From positions 258,726,001-258,790,000 of the forward strand of contig OZ024740.1 of the NCBI GenBank assembly GCA_964016885.1: a stretch of DNA of 64,000 nt, read 5' to 3'. This document shows, piece by piece, positions 33,900 through 46,401 of the stretch. The position numbers and the translations under genes were made by a program. The first letter of the stretch is position 1, and each line of letters starts with the position of its first letter. Origin of the DNA: Eledone cirrhosa (lineage: Eukaryota). Below the pieces are notes generated by a model, which was given only the letters and a program-made list of their open reading frames with translations, did not search any database and had not been told where the DNA came from.

Positions 33900-35200
33900 A
33901 TGTGCATTGATTTTATCGTCTTCAATCTTTTCAATCTAATTTAAAAATCATCAGTAGATCCTATACTCCAGCTCATATTTATTCCACTATTTGCAAGAAG
34001 TGCACCACAATATCTATCAAAAGCCTCTTTAACTGCTGCTAAAGCTCCGTTAATTAAAATAACTACTTGTCTATTTGTGCACCTACCAGCTCTTGTTATA
34101 CATCTACACCCAAATGGTGTTGTGTGTGTCTTGGGTATCCAAAGTCTCTAGCTACAGATATATTCTTCTCTTTGTATTGGCAACCACTCAGATCCTCTAC
34201 TTTACATCTAAGCCTTACTATTTACCGAGCTAATAACTCTTTCCTTCCATTTCCGGAACACCTTACAAGCAAACTAAATTAGAGGCCTAACTTAACCACT
34301 AAACCATCGACTGATTCTCACACCAACTTACCTACCCTGGACCTGTTTGTCCTTCCAGATTCCCTAAATTTTGAACCCTTCACTATAAGCCATCTTAGAT
34401 CCTTGTTCTTAACTATATTCAGATCAACAGAACTTTCAATCTAGAACTTTCAAAATCGCATAACACATCGCAACCCCCCCCCCCCCTGACTTCCTCGGCG
34501 CTAATATTTGTTAAATACCTATCGTAGTTAAATATAATTTTTTTGATCGATATTAATAACTGGCGCAATTGTTCTATTCCTTCCTTGGGAAAGCATCCAT
34601 GTACTTCCTATTTCTAAAAATCGAATTCAAACTCAACCTACCCACTGATTTATTAACGAATGGAATCCTGTAAAATTCTGCCTTGGTCTTTCTATCTTTA
34701 TCCTTTGCGTCCTGATGCAATCTATTGTAGAAACTATCTACCAGAACACTAACCTCGGATATCCTTTCTTCACACATCAAATCCCTTAGTTTACTCATGG
34801 AACATGCTCTAAGCCATATAAAACTCTGGTACAATTCTTCTGACCAGTTTTTTTTCCGACCCATTATCCATATTAAATTCCTCTCTTCTATATTTTCTTA
34901 ATTTCCTACTGTCGTGGCTATTTTTAAATCTTAGCACGGACAGAGAAAAATACACGTCATTAAGCCTATCTTGCTTCTTAGATACTACACCAGAGCCCGC
35001 AATTCTATCACTCAACCTCAGCTGGTTCATGTTGCACATTACCCTTATCTAGTAATTTAGCCTGGGCTGCAATTTCTGTTAAGCTATGGGTCTCTCCTCC
35101 TCAATCTGCTCAATTACTTGGATCCTACCACTACTGAAACCTTATTTACGTCGCCTAAAGTGCTCGTATTTGTACAACAATTTTTCCGAATTAAAAGTCT
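33900..35200 (-). mobile_element. Degraded retroelement N-terminal region, probably an atypical PLE clade
   Basis: Minus strand: RIPFVNKSVGRLSLNSIF followed by DLNIVKNKDLRWLIVKGSKFRE (L..KG.KF-type motif that precedes PLE RTs). Confidence 0.55.
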
Positions 35201-35421
35201 GTCTATGTTCACTGAGTTGCTGATGCAATCACTGTGACGTCTGTCCGACATATTGTGTGTGTGTGTATGTGTATCTGTGTGTGTGTGTCTGTGTATATAT
35301 AACCTATAATACACATATATCTAATATATTTATGTATATATATATACGTATATGTATGTGTATAATGCATATATGTATATATATATAATACATATATATA
35401 TTTATACATACATATATGTAT

Positions 35422-35528
<107 letters not shown>

Positions 35529-35752
35529 AATATGTAGAGAGAAAGAGAGATAGGGAGGTATAGATGTATATAATACATGTATATATTTATATTGACAGAC
35601 ATATTGTGTGTGTGTGTGTGTGTATCTGTGTATATATAACCTATAATACACATATATCTAATATATTTATGTATATATATATACGTATATGTATGTGTAT
35701 AATGCATATATGTATATATATATAATACATATATATATTTATATATACATAT

Positions 35753-35908
<156 letters not shown>

Positions 35909-36030
35909 ATGTGTGTGTGTGTGTGTGTTTTAATATGTAGAGAGAAAGAGAGATAGGGAGGTATAGATGTATATAATACATGTATATATTTATATTGACA
36001 GATATCCATATATATATATATGTGTGTGTG

Positions 36031-36125
<95 letters not shown>

Positions 36126-36129
36126 GTGA

Positions 36130-36218
<89 letters not shown>

Positions 36219-36510
36219 AGTATATATATATATATATACTAGATATTAAATTCGCATAAGTTTTCAAAGATTTCCTTCTATATGTCGTTATATAATTCCA
36301 AGTCATTTACCATTTTTCCGCTTTTCCGTTTCAATCAGGTTTCCTGGACAAAAATATCTTCATGTTCGCCTGACTTACCTCATATAAGATATGGTAAAAC
36401 TAATTCGAACAAACACAAAAATCCTTCAAAAACAAGAACTTATAAATGTCATAGGAAAATGGAAGGACCACAATATAATATAAAATCAATACGAATAAAG
36501 CTAGAAACTG

Positions 36511-36591
<81 letters not shown>

Positions 36592-36604
36592 CATACATAT
36601 ATAT

Positions 36605-36670
<66 letters not shown>

Positions 36671-37739
36671 TTATATATATATATTTATATATATTATATA
36701 TATGTATATACTTATATATATATACTTATATATATATATACTTATATATATATACTTATATATATATATACTTATATATATATACTTTTTTATATGTATG
36801 TGTGTGTGTGTGTGTGTTTGTGTGTTTGTCATGCACATGAGCAACAACACACGCTGCACCTCTCCAACAACATATCCACACACTAACAGTTTACCTTTCA
36901 TACCCATATGACCCTCTTTTAACCCTATCAACAGCACAAATTAATTAACCCCTGTCCACCCCACATTACCTGCCATCTACCTTTGCTCTCTATCACCTAT
37001 ACAGACATACCCAGTTACCAACAACCTCAACTACCACTTCACTACTGTGTCTACTATACATACACACTTACACACACACGCTACCACCACAGCCCCCCAC
37101 ATCACTTCCGGTCTGCTTCCGCCACTACCTCTGCCCCTCCTACTCATTCTCCGCCATTTCTGTTCTCACTGCTATACCTCTGGACGTCGTACATCTCTCT
37201 CTCGACATCACATGTATATTCCGACACTCACACACACACACACACACACACAGACATACCCATACATAAACATACACATTCACCCTCACACACACATGTA
37301 CACAACACTTTCCGCCACTGACAATACACATAACCAGAGCGCTCACCTGGATACTAACATACACACAGTCATCCAACACACACGAGAAAATACAAACATA
37401 CACACACACAAACGTACACACTCACATACATAAAAACAATAGAAACAAGTCACATACACATATACACATGCACACACATACACAAACATAAACACACACA
37501 TGCATACACATTCTCCCTCCACAGATAATACAAAGCCACCAAAACACACGTAGACACACATACACACACTCATCGAACACACGTGAAAATACAAACACAC
37601 ACAAACGTACACATTCACATCCGTAGAAACTAGAAAACGTCACACACACGCGCATATGTAGACACACTCTGTAGATACACAGACTGAAGCAACGCACACC
37701 TACCAATTTCATCCCTTGGGGACACACTCGACCACACAA

Positions 37740-38020
37740 CTAAACCCTCCACTTCGGCCTCCACCCACAAATGCCGGGCCTCTCACCTACCACACCTATC
37801 TATCAATCTCCTAATACTCTTTTCCTAATTTCCTTTCCTAACTTTCACATACTACTATCATGTACCTAGCTTTTCTCTCCTTATCCGAACTTTCCGGATG
37901 AAGGACCTCCGCCCGAAAAGTAGAACCCTCCTCCACTTCCTCCAAGCGTGAAACTAATATGATTCTGTAATTTTGCAACCCTGTGTTTTTTTGTTTCTTT
38001 TATTGACTTTTATCGACTAT
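37740..38020 (+). mobile_element. Decayed PLE pseudo-LTR related to 32830-33010
   Basis: ccGGATGAAGGACctccgcccGAAAagtagAACCCTC parallels CTGATGAAGGAC...GAAAtgtttaagACCCTC. Confidence 0.5.
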
Positions 38021-38029
38021 ATATATATA

Positions 38030-38919
38030 TAAATGAAAAGTATAGAAATTATAAGTGACTATAACGTCAAAATGGGAAAATAGTTAACGTAAGATGTGGG
38101 ATAAATAATTCAAACTCAATTCAAAAAGAATCAGGATATAGATTTATCCAACAGAATTTAGGGAAATCCAAGGAAAAATCAATAGAGCCTTAACTCATGA
38201 TAAAATAAAGTTTAAAATACTCATCCTTCAATTTGGAAAAACTACAAATGCTCTGTATAGTCCTGAAAAGACTATTTCACGGAACTTTCAGTGGGGATGG
38301 TCACGGTTGGATTCGATCATCAGCAGAGCTCAACACGATAACCAAAATCTCACTGATTATAATATGCCAAAAAGGGAATTTAAAAGCAAGCTAGTTCAAC
38401 ATCATGCGTAATTATGAAAATAAAACGCACATGTGGAAACAGGGCTGGTGACGTCAGAATGAGACGAATGTTTGTTTACATGAAATAACAGTCAAAAACA
38501 TTCCGAAAAACACTCTACAATAAGGAGTTCAGCAAAAAGCAATATTATCGCGTTTTTTTTTTTTTAAAAGACCGGGATTAGTCACAAATAATTTAAGCAC
38601 TCTAGGAAAGAAATCCGAGTATAAATATAAATGAAAAGTATAGAAATTATTATGAGCAAGAAGCACACAGTATTTCATAATATATAAGTGACTATAGCGT
38701 CAAAATGGGAAAATAGTTAACGTAAGATGTGAGAAAAAATAATTCAAACTCAATTCAAAAAGAATCAGGATATAGATTCATCCAACAGAATTTAGTGAAA
38801 TTCAGGGAAAAATCAATAGAGCCTTAACTCATGATAAAATAAAGTTTAAAATACTCACCCTTCAATTTGGAAAAACTACAAATGCTCTGTATAGTCTTGA
38901 AAAGACTATTTCAGAAACT

Positions 38920-38920
<1 letters not shown>
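38030..38920 (-). repeat. About 250-bp direct repeat pair (38030-38280, 38627-38915); third inverted copy at about 22210-22360
   Basis: AAGTGACTATA.CGTCAAAATGGGAAAATAGTTAACGTAAGATGTG shared. The minus strand has CTGATGA...GAAATAGTC at 38270-38325. Confidence 0.8.
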
Positions 38921-38944
<24 letters not shown>

Positions 38945-38950
<6 letters not shown>

Positions 38951-40378
38951 AAAACTGAGAATGTCTGCCTGTCTGTCTGACTCTCTAAAACTCGAGAACC
39001 ACACAACCGATGTTTTTTTTAACTTTACACATGTAATACTTATGGTCGTGTGAGTGTTTTGAGCAAAAAGATTTCAAATGTTCAATGCCCTAGGGACAGC
39101 ATTACGCGTCTAAACGTCGCGCCCTTATAACATCTGTCTGTATGTGTGGCTGTCTGCATTACGACATTATGACTTCGATATCTGTGTGTGTGTAAATATA
39201 TGTATATATATAATGTGTGTATATATTTATATTCTTCTCATTGCTGACGTATTAAGTTCGCTATTTTCCGTTCATTGTCAGGGAACATCTTCACGAACCA
39301 AAGTATCGTCTTCCTGTTTACCTTCGGTTGCAACGTTTTTCGAAATATTTAATTCTGCGTTCACAGATCGATTTTTTTCAGAAGATCCCGTTAAGGGTGA
39401 AAGCAGCGATTCTTTGCTTAAACTTTAATCTGTTATTTTAATATATATGTGTATATATATATATATATATTGTTATACTTTGGGAGGGTCATGTTGCCAA
39501 TAAGAAACACACGCACCAGTTGCTTTCACTTCAATTTATTATAATAAATTTATAAATTTAGGAATATATAAATTTCTGGTTGGTTGGTTGGTTCCACAAC
39601 CATATAGTTGTTTATATATTGTCAAAGTTCTTTCGTCACACATTCTGTGACCTCTTCAGTGACTGGGGATTCTTTTCTTTGTTTTTGTGTCTCTCCTTTG
39701 TTCTGTCCTACGCCATTTTGCTTGAAACAATGTCCTACGCCATTTTGTTTGAAACAAAATGGCGTAGGACAGAACAAAGGAGAGACACAAAAACAAAGAA
39801 AAGAATCCCCAGTCACTGAAGAGGTCACAGAATGTGTGACGAAAGAACTTTGACAATATATAAACAACTATCTGGTTGTGGAACCAACCAACCAGAAATT
39901 TATAAATTCCTAAATTTATAAATTTATTATAATAAATTAAAGTGAAAGCAACTGGTGGGTGTGTTTCTTATTGGCAACATGACCCTCCCAAAGTATAACA
40001 ATATCGGTTTCAACACACGATTTCAGATAAAGAATCTTGCTAAACAAATTCAGAAACGAAATATATATATATATATATATAATTATATATTCGTGTACAG
40101 ATATTTTTGCATACACAATAACAAAATATAAACAAACGTATTTATTTCACGAGGCTCGACAGCATCAAAAACAGCAACAAAAAAGAGAGGAAACGCAATT
40201 ACATGCTTTTGAAAAATCTTAATGGAAAATTATTTGCCTATTCACCCAAGGCGACTTCACTTTTTATTAGGACTTCTGCATCAATTGGTGAACATACGAC
40301 GAAACTGTTTCAGAAAGGAGGGATAAACATGCCAATCTATAATTAGAATCCCGAGCAACGCCGAGCCATTCTGCTAGT
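38945..40378 (+). mobile_element. Non-autonomous Helitron, copy 1 (interrupted by the 39466 palindrome)
   Basis: 3' end CCCGAGCAACGCCGAG hairpin then CTAGT; 5' region homologous to copy 2. Confidence 0.7.
39466..40003. repeat. About 540-bp near-perfect palindrome with an HHR motif in each arm
   Basis: Arms are reverse complements, which explains the mirror-image ORFs. gtca CTGAAGA gGTCACA gaatg TGTGAC GAAAG AA CTT tgac at about 39812-39854 (+) and about 39621-39663 (-). Confidence 0.95.
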
Positions 40379-40383
40379 ATATA

Positions 40384-41187
40384 TCTAAAACAGAGAATGT
40401 CTGTTTGTCTCCCTAAAACTCGAGAACCACCCAACTGATTTTTTTAAATTTACACATATAATAGTTATGGTCGTGTGAGGGTTTTGAGCAAAAAATATTT
40501 CAAATTTTCAATGCCCTAGGGACCGCATTAGGCGAAAAACCACATATTTTAGGCTTTCAAGGCTTTTTTTAGGCATAACGGAACAATAATCCAGGCGATT
40601 TCTTCAAAATGTGCATTGTTTATGTCGTTTAAAGTGTTTTGAGCAAAATAGATTTTTTCATTTTTTCCTCCAGGGACCGCATTAGGCGAAAAACCGATTC
40701 TGTAAAGCCTTTTAGTTGCCGTAGGGCTTGTAACTCGAAAACTACCCAACCGATTTTTTTAAAACTTTGTATATGCATTCACAAATTTTCTTGACTGAAA
40801 TCGATTTCAATATTTTGCCCGGCGACCGCATTGTTTAGCATTTTGATTGCGTTATAAACGTATCCAACTAAATTCCTTCATGCTCTCCCACATGCTTAGT
40901 GCTCTGTAACTATTGCTTTCATTGTACAAATACATGTTCGGTTTGTCGAATGCCTTTTTAATTAACTCTATCGTCTTGGCTTTCGTGGGTTGAACATTTT
41001 ACTCTCAGGCTCCCAATTAAGTTAAACCCCTGGTAATCTACGACGAACTTTTTTTATAAGCACACAAAATGTAGACACTATGCCCAGGCCGAGGTATTCC
41101 GTACTTCTCTGTACTGTTTCAAAAGGAGGGATAAACATGCCAATCGATGTTTAGAAGCCCCGACCAACGCCGGGCCATTCTGCTAGT
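40384..41187 (+). mobile_element. Non-autonomous Helitron, copy 2
   Basis: Starts TCTAAAACAGAGAATGTC; ends CCCGACCAACGCCGGG hairpin plus CTAGT; no TSD; internal subrepeats. Confidence 0.75.
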
Positions 41188-41479
41188 ATATACTATAATT
41201 AGGTTAAATCTATACATATACAATGTATATTAAGTTACTCAACAAGGAAAGCTCAATGAACATTAAGCTCAGAACATAATTTATATAAATTTAAACGATA
41301 TACAAAAAAGTCTCTTTCATATATCTAGTTGAGAAACAACCAATATTATATGTATACATATAGAACGACAAATAGTTAATGTATTTCTAATAGAAAGAAT
41401 CAAGCCAAAATTGTCTAAAGTTCACTTATACGGCCATTTCATGATACATTCCAGTATATGATGCCTATAATTGATCTAA

Positions 41480-42150
41480 TGATTGGAGAGACAGCCCGTA
41501 GCATAGGAGAAGGAATAAATGAACGCAGGAGTGAACTAAAAAGACAAGAAGATAATTCAGTACAATATGAACACACCAGACTAAGACATGAAGGTAATAT
41601 AGACAACATAGAAATTAAAATAATATCTAACCATAGGAATGACTCCACAATTAGACAAATTAGGGAAACAACTGAAATAGAATTAAGAAAACCGAAGGTG
41701 AATGGAATATCAACAACCATACACAAACACACACTAGTGGTTTAAGATAGAATATAAATATACTCAAATGCAATAAGAACACTTATACATAAACACACAC
41801 TAGTGACCAAAGTTAGAATATAAACACATAAACACACACGGACTCAAACACGAACACACAAGCATACGCCAAACAGAATAAACAGAATACACGCACACAA
41901 ACGCATGCGCAAACAGAAACAACAATAAATAAATAAATTAATTAATTAATTAATTAAATAAATGAAAAAAATAAGAAAACACTATGAGAACACAACGAGA
42001 AGAAACAAAGAAACCTGATAATCCCTGATGATGTCACAGATATGTGTGACGAAATAACTCTGAGAAACTATATTTAGATTTATATCTTTTAATTGTTGGT
42101 CATTCAATGAAAAGAACCCAAACAGGATGTGTGTTTTACTATATTTTCCT
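41480..42150 (+). mobile_element. PLE 3' fragment: GIY-YIG remnant plus pseudo-LTR with HHR
   Basis: IGETARSIGE...YEHTRLRH...RQIRETTEIELRKPKVN; CTGATGA tGTCACA gatatg TGTGAC GAAA at 42025-42054. Confidence 0.85.
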
Positions 42151-42171
42151 GGCAATATTAGAACAACATAA

Positions 42172-42390
42172 AGGAACGATCGACTTTCGTCAAATCGGAC
42201 CGACGAAACAATGTTTCCGTTGGTCTTTCCAATTGCTAATACTATCTATCGGTCGCAACTCCAGGTAGAAGGAGCAACGTGAAATAAAGTGTCTTGCTCA
42301 AGGACATAACGCATCGCCTGGCCCAGGAATCGAACTCACAACCTTACGATTGCGAATCCAATTCTCTAACCACTCAGCCACACGCCTTCC
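42172..42390 (-). mobile_element. SINE family B variant
   Basis: Minus head GAAGGCGTGTGGCTGAGTGG (A box)...GAGTTCGATTCCTGG (B box); near-duplicate at 54620-54838. Confidence 0.85.
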
Positions 42391-42419
42391 CATCACCCTC
42401 CCCAAATATAACAATATAC

Positions 42420-43932
42420 CTAGTGGCTGCATTCCTCAAGTCAATGGAAGACACCCACTTTGCAGACCCACGTGAAGGTGATATTCAGCAGAGATGGGAC
42501 TCTCTCGGAGGCACTATCCATGACACTGCATTGAAAACCTTCGGAAAGAAGCTAAGAATGACACATGACTAGTTTGAGGCAAGTGCGGATGAGCTCAATG
42601 CAACCATGGAGGAAAAACATGCTGCCCTGTTGAAGCACAAACACCAACCCTCCAGTGCAGAGCTACGAGCATTGAGTCCAGCTAAGAAAAAGACACAAAA
42701 GACTGTGACATGCTGTGCAGATGACTACTGGCTGCGAAAGCATCCAGCTCTCCTTTGACACAGGTAACATTTGGGGATTTATGAGGGCATCAAGAAAGCA
42801 ATCGGCTTAGCCCAGAGCAAGACAGCTTCACTCAAATCCAGAACAGATGAGGTCAGCAAAGGCAAAAGAGAGCAGTTGGAGAGATGGGTAAAATAATACT
42901 CCGAACTCTACGACAAGGAAAACAGTATCTCGGACAACGCACTAGACACCGTATAATATCTGCCCTTCATGGACGAGCTAGATACATTGCAGACTGCTGA
43001 AGAACTGTGTAGAGCCATTGATAGCTTACCTGCTAGGAAGGCACCAGGATTTTACGGCATTCCCCCTCCCCGGGATCTTCGGGTGTGCAGAGGTGTGCAC
43101 TTGTTTAAACTACTGTGTCAGTACTAGGAAGAGGGAACCATCCCACAAGATGAGAGGCTGCAACATTGTCACCCTCTATAAGAACAAAGGGGACAGAAGT
43201 GACTGCAATAGCTAGCGAGGCATCTCGCTGCTAAGTATTGTTTGGAAGGTCTTTTCCTGCGTGGTCTTGAACAGACTACAGAAGTTCGCTGAATCTCAGT
43301 GTGGTTTCAAGATCAGAACGCTCCATCATTGACATGATCTTCTCCCTTTGAGCTAGAGGAGAAGTGTCAAGAACAAAGGCACCCACTCTACATCGACCTC
43401 ACGAAGACATTCGATCTAGTTATGAAGATGGCCTGTTCAAGAAACTTGCCAGAATTGGTTGTTCTCTTACACTTCTTATGATAGTCCAGTCATTTCATGC
43501 AGATATGAAGGGTGTCGTTCAATTTGATGGCCTTTCTTCAGAGGCATTTAACATATGCAGTGGTATGAAGCAGGGCTGCGTGCTAGCCCCCACTCTCTTT
43601 GACATCTTTTTCGCAGTCATGCTAAAAGATGCATTTGGAGAGTCAACTGAGGATGACCACCTCCATACCAAATCAGACAGGAAGCTGTTTAGTCTGTCAA
43701 TGCTGAAAGCGAAATCGATGGTTCGCTAGGTACTTATCAAAGAAATGCTGTTTGCGGATGATGCTGCACTGGCAGAGCACTCTGAGGAGCAAATGCAGCA
43801 CCTCCTGAACAAACTCTCGAGGGTTTGCCAGGAATTCAGCCTGACCATTAGACTGAAGAAATCCAATGTACTAGGCCAAAGTGATAACTACCAATCCACC
43901 AACATCAACTACTATGAACTGGAGGTGGTCAA
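42420..43932 (+). mobile_element. RTE-clade LINE RT fragment, degraded
   Basis: IVTLYKNKGDRSDCN..RGISLLS, QGCVLAPTLF, LFADDAAL. Confidence 0.92.
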
Positions 43933-44084
43933 CCCTACTGGTGGCTTAGTTCGGATCTAGCTGTCGAAACGGCCGGATCTCAGCTGTCGGGGTCCTGACA
44001 CTTTTCATATTACTCTGTCTACTACCCTAAGTATTGAGTACTCTGGTGCGTGATGGTCCACCTGGTATCTTACCACACCCTCTT

Positions 44085-44157
<73 letters not shown>

Positions 44158-44210
44158 CATATACATATATATACATATACGTATATATATATATATATAT
44201 ATACACATAC

Positions 44211-44265
<55 letters not shown>

Positions 44266-44269
<4 letters not shown>

Positions 44270-45370
44270 GATATAATGCTCTGAAATAGCGATATATATG
44301 TGAAGACAAACATAGAATATTCGAAAATATTCTGTATGTTTATAATAAACATTTCGAAGACCCAATCGCTATAGAATAGAATACGTCACGTATTACAATT
44401 TGAGATTCTCGATAAAAGCAAGGGAAGTAACCTACGCGTTTCATTCTTATTAGAAATCATCAGGATTACATATCCAGTGCTTTTATCGAGAACGACACAG
44501 CTAGAGACTTATAGAATACTTAGCTGTGTACAGGAACTGGTTTGAAAGAGCGGTTGCCGGTCCGGCAGAAATTAGAATTTGGATATAATGCTCTGAAATA
44601 GCGATATATATGTGAAGACAAACATAGAATATTCGAAAATATTATGTATGTTTATAATAAACATTTCGAAGACCCAATCGCTATAGAATAGAATACGTCA
44701 CGTATTACAGAATATTTTCGAATATTCTATGTTTGTCTTCACATATATATCGCTATTTCAGAGCATTATATCCAAATTCTAATTTCTGCCGGACCGGCTA
44801 CCGCTCTTTCAAACCAGTTCCTGTACACAGCTAAGTATTCTATAAGTCTCTGGCTGTGTCGTTCTCGATAAAAGCACTGGATATGTAATCCTGATGATTT
44901 CTAATAAGAATGAAACGCGTAGGTTACTTCCCTTGCTTTTATCGAGAATCTCAAATTGTAATACGTGACGTATTCTATTCTATAGCGATTGGGTCTTCGA
45001 AATGTTTATTATAAACATACAGAATATTTTCGAATATTCTATGTTTGTCTTCACATATATATCGCTATTTCAGAGCATTATATCCAAATTCTAATTTCTG
45101 CCGGACCGGCTACCGCTCTTTCAAACCAGTTCCTGTACACAGCTAAGTATTCTATAAGTCTCTAGCTGTGTCGTCCTCGATAAAAGCACTGGATATGTAA
45201 TCCTGATGATTTCTAATAAGAATGAAACGCGTAGGTTACTTCCCTTGCTTTTATCGAGAATCTCAAATTGTAATACGTGACGTATTCTATTCTATAGCGA
45301 TTGGGTCTTCGAAATGTTTATTATAAACATACAGAATATTTTCGAATATTCTATGTTTGTCTTCACATAT
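44266..45370. repeat. 312-bp HHR-containing repeat: about 1.4 copies (-) head-to-head with about 2.1 copies (+); retrozyme-like
   Basis: Period 312 (ACAGAATATT at 44707, 45019, 45331; TTTGGATATAATG at 44266, 44578); copies nearly identical; flanked by (TA)n. Confidence 0.93.
44862..44949 (+). ncRNA. Type I minimal hammerhead ribozyme (also 45174-45261 + and about 44406-44493 -)
   Basis: gtaatc CTGATGA tttct aata agaat GAAAC GC GTA ggttac, enclosed by a perfect 15-bp stem TTCTCGATAAAAGCA / TGCTTTTATCGAGAA. Confidence 0.85.
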
Positions 45371-45443
45371 ATATATATATATACACATACATATACATAT
45401 ATATATATATATATACATGCATATACATATATATACATATACG

Positions 45444-45474
<31 letters not shown>

Positions 45475-46335
45475 ATATAGGAACGAGTAGGACCCCGACG
45501 GCTGAGCTCAAGCCGTTTCGACGCATAATCGATCTATAGCTTTAGCACTCGATGCATAATCGGTCTGTAGCTTTAGCACTCAGATGAGGTAAGACCCCAG
45601 AGTAATAACATTACGTTCAGACAGCTTAGCAAATCAGATATAGCAGTCGGCAGTCCGACCACATTACCAGAGCAACGAAAATACAGGACCCAGGAAAAAA
45701 TGTTATACTGACCTGGACATAGCGCTGAGGCTGAGTGTAAAATATATAACTTACATCGTGTATCCACAATATATATCACAATATCACACGCAACATCAAC
45801 GCTAAGTTTCTGCAAATCCAAATCGACAAATTCCTATTGCAGGAGTCTGCAATATAATGGTTTTTGACGACAGAACATAGGATTTACCTCTTCAGCAAGG
45901 CTTTCGTTCTTAGCCAAAGCGGGTATGTTGTAACTTTAAAAATCGCCACAGACACGTGGTTTTCTCCAAGGGAGGTAACCCCCGCTTAGGCGGTGTATTC
46001 TAATTTGAGGTAAAGGAATGAATCCCCTTATACAAACCGAATAAAGCACTCGACTAGAAGTTATCAAACAACCTTAAATATATATATATATATATAAATA
46101 CATAATCGGAGAAAGCTAATAGCGATACTCCGGCCAAATTCCAACTCACTCAACAAATATTAGGAAATACCTGAGTATATTCCTAATTAAACGTTCGGGG
46201 TGCTAACTAATTGTATTGTGTGGAAAATTGGCTGTATCATTTCATATGAGATATATCAAATATATCTCTTCCCAGACGGACGTCTCGTTTCACTATAAGA
46301 TTTCTACAAGTTGGGTGAAATTATACCAATTTATG

Positions 46336-46399
<64 letters not shown>

Positions 46400-46401
<2 letters not shown>

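Noticed and set aside
39580-39867. Mirror-image ORFs on both strands
   Set aside because: A by-product of the DNA palindrome.
42320-42390. tRNA gene
   Set aside because: A and B boxes are present but it continues into a SINE body, and no complete cloverleaf is evident.
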